Origin: Takakia lepidozioides | Lineage: Eukaryota; Plantae; Bryophyta | Assembly: GCA_030704615.1 (NCBI GenBank) | Contig: CM060733.1 | Span: 23,870,001 to 23,934,000, forward strand | Direction of reading: 5' to 3' | DNA length: 64,000 nucleotides | Shown: positions 59,412-64,000 of the stretch, piece after piece | Numbering within the stretch: the first letter of the stretch is position 1 | How the letters are laid out: each line of letters starts with the position of its first letter | Program-made: the position numbers and the translations under genes | Notes under the pieces: model-generated | The model's input: only the letters and a program-made list of their open reading frames with translations | The model's database searches: none | Told to the model about the DNA's origin: nothing

Positions 59412-60410
59412 ATGTGTAATCACCCACATTACACTGGGGGAAGTTCTTTTCAGGGCAAGCACAAGCGCACTGGATCCACGATCCCTGCTGCTAGCAATGG
59501 AGATGGCGCCCACAAGAACGCAGGAGGTGGCCCTAACTCTCCCATCGTTTTGGGTTCTGTGCCACCAGTACCCCCACCTTATTATGGTATGCCTCAGTAC
59601 CCACAGTCTGGCACTCAGTATGGTCAGGGTCAATATGGTGCTCCTCTATATGGGCAGTATGGCCAGTATCCTCCTCCACCATATTTGCCACCCCCTAATA
59701 GCTATGGGGGTGGCAGGCCACCGGAATATCCTCTCGCTTATGGACAGTATGGACAGTATGGCCCTCGGCCTTCTTGCCAACAGCCATGGCCACCAGTCCC
59801 TACTTGGCAGGATCCTGCTGTGAATTCTCCTGTGCGCACGGAGGTCTCTGAAGGAGGGGAGGGTGCCGTTTCAAAGAATGATAGAACCAATGCTTTAAGG
59901 AGGGCTAATAGCTCAGCCAAAATTGAAGCTGCCAAGGTGAAGGAAGAGAGAATAGATGCAGGTCTTCCTCCCACGGTGATTGTGACGAACCTCAAAGGAG
60001 CCCCGTATGGTCAGACCCGGAACGTATGGCACGTTGCCCTTAAAGGACAGGCTTATCGCAAGCTAGATTGTTCCCTTGCCATCAACAACCAACCTGATGA
60101 ACTTGTATACGAAATCAGAGATCACCTGGCTAAGCTATTTTCATATACGCCACACAAGTTAAAAGACTTCCACCTAAAACAAACAATTGGCAGAATAATG
60201 AAGAGCCAGCGTTATGAAGCACACACTGCGTGGTTGGGTGGTAAGGGGAAACCCATTACTGTATCTGACGAGGTATGGAACAAGTTTGTAAGTTACTGGC
60301 AGACAGAGGTGTTCCACAAAGTGTCGGGCATGAAGAAGGCAAATGGTGCAATTCAGAATCCTACCAAGACTGGCCGTGTGGGAAGGCAATGGTGGAAGCA
60401 CGCTTGGTAG
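59412..60410 (+). CDS. CACTA TnpA-like (Ptta/En/Spm-type) transposon protein, first exon
   Basis: Pro/Tyr/Gly-rich N-terminus followed by LKQTIGRIMKSQRY..KPITVSDEVWNKFVSYW..NPTKTGRVG. Confidence 0.6.
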   Translation: MCNHPHYTGGSSFQGKHKRTGSTIPAASNGDGAHKNAGGGPNSPIVLGSVPPVPPPYYGMPQYPQSGTQYGQGQYGAPLYGQYGQYPPPPYLPPPNSYGGGRPPEYPLAYGQYGQYGPRPSCQQPWPPVPTWQDPAVNSPVRTEVSEGGEGAVSKNDRTNALRRANSSAKIEAAKVKEERIDAGLPPTVIVTNLKGAPYGQTRNVWHVALKGQAYRKLDCSLAINNQPDELVYEIRDHLAKLFSYTPHKLKDFHLKQTIGRIMKSQRYEAHTAWLGGKGKPITVSDEVWNKFVSYWQTEVFHKVSGMKKANGAIQNPTKTGRVGRQWWKHAW

Positions 60411-60759
60411 GTGGCATCATCACGACTCTGTATTTTGTTCCTCATTGAATTGCTATGTGTATATAGTCAGCCCTCACATTGCTTACTGACTTGTGGCATG
60501 GGTTTGTTTGTGGCATGGATTAATTAATTTGCAGGAAACCCTATCAGGGTGCCCTCCTACATTATATGAAATTCAAGAGGGTTCAGTGTCATGGTTGTCA
60601 GCTGGGAGTGACAGGCGGGTAAGTGTGTTTTCCACGTTTGCTAGAGTGGTTGCAACATCATAGGTTGCTAGGGTTTTTTTCAAGGATTTTGGCCTGGGTT
60701 TTTTCCAATGGTTGTTCATGCTAGGTTTTTTTGTTTGATTCATACTTGGGCAAGTTTTC

Positions 60760-63700
60760 ATGGATTGGCAGGAGGGAAGTCTCGCATATTCTACAGTAGT
60801 TGGCAGGATGGATGACTTGGACAAACTGGTGGAATCACAAGGACGTGACATGGCAGACTTAAAATTACAGATGCAGAGCATGATTGAGTACCAGAAAGCC
60901 ATTGTGGCCAGATTGGGGATTAATCTACCAGGCGCAGGACCAGTGACATCTACGATGGATGCGTATGCTGTGACAATATCAAAATGTTTGGAATCCCAAT
61001 TTCAGACGGTAACTGGTGCTCACTCTAAGCCCTTATGTCTTCCTGTCACTGATGATATTTTGAATTTGACCGAGCAGCAGCAGGATATAGGGAAGGCCAG
61101 CTGTGAGGTACACCTGGGAATTCAGCCCTTGCCACGTACAAAGGCAGTAGCAGTCCAGGGGGCAATGGTGACAGAGCCGCCTCGCACACCGGATTCTGGT
61201 ATGCAGGTATGTGGGAGTTTAAATGGGGAGGAAGATGCAGACGGGGACAAAACAAACAAGCAGGTTGCTTTAATTTCTCCTGCTCACATGTTGAAACCAA
61301 ATGACAATTTACTTCCTGGACCAGCGAGGAAGCATTTACTAATTCTGGACTTAAATAGTCTGTTATGTGAATCTTTTCATTCTGCTAATGGGCCTGCATC
61401 CCTTCCCAAAGGTTTTGTGGGGAAGATGTGTGGCAAGAAGATGGTAGTTTTGAGACCATGCTGTTATGATTTTTTGCAAAAGTGTTTTGTAGTGTGAAAA
61501 GAAGGGGCGTGAATCCCCTTCTGTATAATTCTAATTGTGCTTCCTTCCATTCTAAGCGGAGCAAAAGAAAGAAGGTTCTTCTAATCTGTCCCGCTGTCGT
61601 CACTTGGCTGTGGGTTTCCCTCAGCTCCTTCGTGATCAGAGTTCAAGCAATCCTCATCCACGCCGCAGCGGAAGAGAAGACATGGATGGGGAGTCAAATT
61701 GTTGTTCACTCTTGGTTCTACCTTTTACACAACATCCTCTACCTGCAGGTACAGCACCAACTATGCTGCCACGATGTATTCAGTGATGCAATCAGCCCTA
61801 TGTCAGTGATAAACACTGCCCTTGTGGGCAGTGCCCTTGGTCTGCAACACGTCGGAAGCCCCTTTTTGTAATGAGATCACGGTCTAGGCGGGTGGACAGC
61901 TCAGATCTGCCATGAACTGCAGGCCCACTAGTTTGATCATTCAGGGTTCATGTCTTCTTGACCTTGCCTCTCCATTTGTCCATCCCTCATCAACCCTTCT
62001 CCCTTTTCACTTTTTCTTCTCTCAAATCCTTTTTCCTTGGTGTGTGGATTCCTCACTTTTTCACAACAGCATGGCTATGATGCAATGCAAATGCACATCC
62101 AGCCAGGCATCCAGTGCATCCATCATTGAAGTCAACCTTGGTTACAAGACATGATCTGCCCCTCTGTCGGTCTTTCTCTTTTCTCTCTCTCCAGTGACTG
62201 GTCCTTGCACTATCTTTCCCCAAGTGGATCCTATTTGGCCAAGGTGCTTCACAACCCTTCTACAGATCTCAAATCACACACCCTGACAGCTCTCTTTTTC
62301 TCCTCAAATGCAAACCTCAGTCATTCACATGTTGAGAACACTTCTATAAATCAGATCCAAACCCCAAAACAGTATTGACTTTTCTTCCCCATCCACGTCA
62401 TCCCTCTCAGTTCTTCAAATCCGTTTCTGTCTGACCATCCCTGTTCTCCTTTATCCACCAAGCTAATTCTACACTGGCTCCACTGTTTTAACATCCAGGG
62501 CTGGTTTGTTTATGCTGGCTGAAGACACTGAAAATAAAGAAAATGAACACAAAAACAGCAACCATTCTGACCCTGATGTGAGCTATCCTTGTCCCCTCTA
62601 TCTTTTTCCTAATGACAGTGTAGCAACAGGTGCATCCATCTCCACCCTATCCTGGTTTGAATTCCAGTGTCTTCATTCCATTTTCAAAGGCCTTTTCTAC
62701 TCCTCACATTTCTGTCCCCTTCAGCAGATACCTGAGACAGTTCCAAAAACTTCACAAAGTCATTCCTAAGTGCCCAAAAAGAGAAGCCAACACTCTTAGA
62801 ACTTATCTGTCTTATACTCGTGTGAAGCGGTGGTTCTGCCTGCCAAGCTGGCACCTCACCATCGCTGTCATCAGCCATATTCAATGCTTCTCCTCATCTT
62901 GATTCCAGTTCTCATCATGTCATGACGGCTTGCTTCATCAGCTGGCAACATCCTCGTGCTTGCCAACCTCTACCCTATCCCTCTACATGTGTACTTCTGC
63001 CCTAAGGATTGATGTGCTCCTACAGCTCTAAGACAGAAGGCAACTACAAGTTTTAACAGATGACCTGAGTCGCATCCACCAGCTTGCACTTCTCATTCCC
63101 CAACAGCTGTTGTTGCGCTCCATCTCCTCATAACTGTACTCTTCAAGACAATGGCGGCAGTGGTAGTGCACCGCTCTTAGCACCTGCTCAGCTTTCAAAA
63201 TTGATTATCACCACGCAGAAAGAGGCACCGCTTCTCTTTGCACAAAATGCCAAGCAGATCCCTTAACGTCGCGCTTTAAGGCAAGCTGATTCACATGGTG
63301 CAGGTGTAAGTTCCCAAGCCAGCCTGCCTGACAACACTACGGCAGCAGCTGTGAAGAGTTGCCCATCGTCTTCCTCCTCGTTTTCCTCAGCTCGAGTTTC
63401 TAGGTTGAACATACGCGACGAAAATCATTCATTCCAAGGATGAAAATGCGCATGTTATGACTTAGCCATATTTTGTCCTGGCAGAGCAAGAGCATAGTGT
63501 TCCCATGGAATTACCTGTAGGCCTGGGTAATTCCCTCCCGACATTAGTACCAGGCACTCCCTTCTTCACCAATGCTGTAATTTGATTCCCAACAAAATTT
63601 TCAATGTTACTCCCCTGCATTCACACTACAGTTTTGCACACTTTGAGGTGGCGGTGTGGTCTTGTTGCCAAGCTCGCAACTTCTTCCCAATGGTGGACTA

Positions 63701-64000
63701 TATTTTTGCAGCCCACACTAAGCTAGTTTTCCAGTGGGATGCCCTTCACTGTGATGAGGATCCAGTCCTCCCATGCCGTAAGGGGTCTGATTCAAAGCCA
63801 TTATATTTCAAGAACTTGTCTAGAGTGTGGGCAAACTGGCCAGAATGGACTTATGAGGACACTGTTCTTGTTGACGACACACCAAGAAAGGCGGCAAACA
63901 ATCCTCCCTTCAGTGGGATTTTTCCAGAGCCATGTAAAGTGCAACCAGATTCACCAACTGATGAGTATCTAACAGAGGTGTTGTGGCCTTTCTTGTGGAA
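60760..64000 (+). pseudogene. FCP1/NIF-like HAD phosphatase-domain ORF interrupted by an insertion at 61488-63630
   Basis: KHLLILDLNSLL..VVLRPCCYDFLQKC | FAHFEVAVWS..YFKNLSRVW..EDTVLVDDTPRKAANNPPFSGIFP..LWPFL. The frame is restored exactly when the insertion and one TSD copy are removed. Confidence 0.85.
61488..63630. mobile_element. 2.1-kb TG...CA element (solo LTR or Ginger-like) with 4-bp TSD
   Basis: Perfect 11-bp inverted ends TGTAGTGTGAA / TTCACACTACA, flanked by GTTT on both sides. Confidence 0.85.

Larger units (their letters stand above)
55113..64000 (+). mobile_element. CACTA/EnSpm-like element: left terminus, extending beyond the window
   Basis: Begins CACTACAAGA, followed by subterminal ATGACTAC/CTACACGTG repeats (55140-55620) and a downstream TnpA-like ORF. 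The right end is not seen. Confidence 0.65.

Overview
Eukaryotic nuclear DNA from a land plant, most likely one with flagellated sperm (fern/lycophyte/bryophyte-like). This is inferred from spliceosomal introns, PLS-class PPR-DYW genes and a CCDC151-like flagellar gene. The left ~26 kb is genic: a UspA-like gene, tRNA-Glu(UUC), an EXORDIUM/Phi-1 gene, a CCDC151/ODAD3-like gene, a 942-aa PPR-DYW ORF with upstream exons encoding an OSB-type PDF motif, and a rearranged pseudogenic paralog of that gene. The right ~38 kb is a nest of transposons: PIF/Harbinger, Ty3/Gypsy remnants, and a CACTA with captured RPS3a and FCP1-like sequence. The main finding is a ~14.7-kb Mutator-like element (about 30.8-45.5 kb). 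It pairs a GCM-like/MULE/SWIM transposase with a divergently oriented, intron-containing gene encoding a ParB/Srx-like domain fused to a beta-class N4C/N6A-type DNA methyltransferase. Between the two genes lie ~30 copies of the palindrome GGAAATGCGGYRCCGCATTTCC at ~53-bp spacing, and a second array sits downstream of the cargo gene. This looks like a ParB/parS-like plus methyltransferase module carried by a plant transposon. This copy is frameshifted. All family assignments come from reading motifs by eye; no searches were run.
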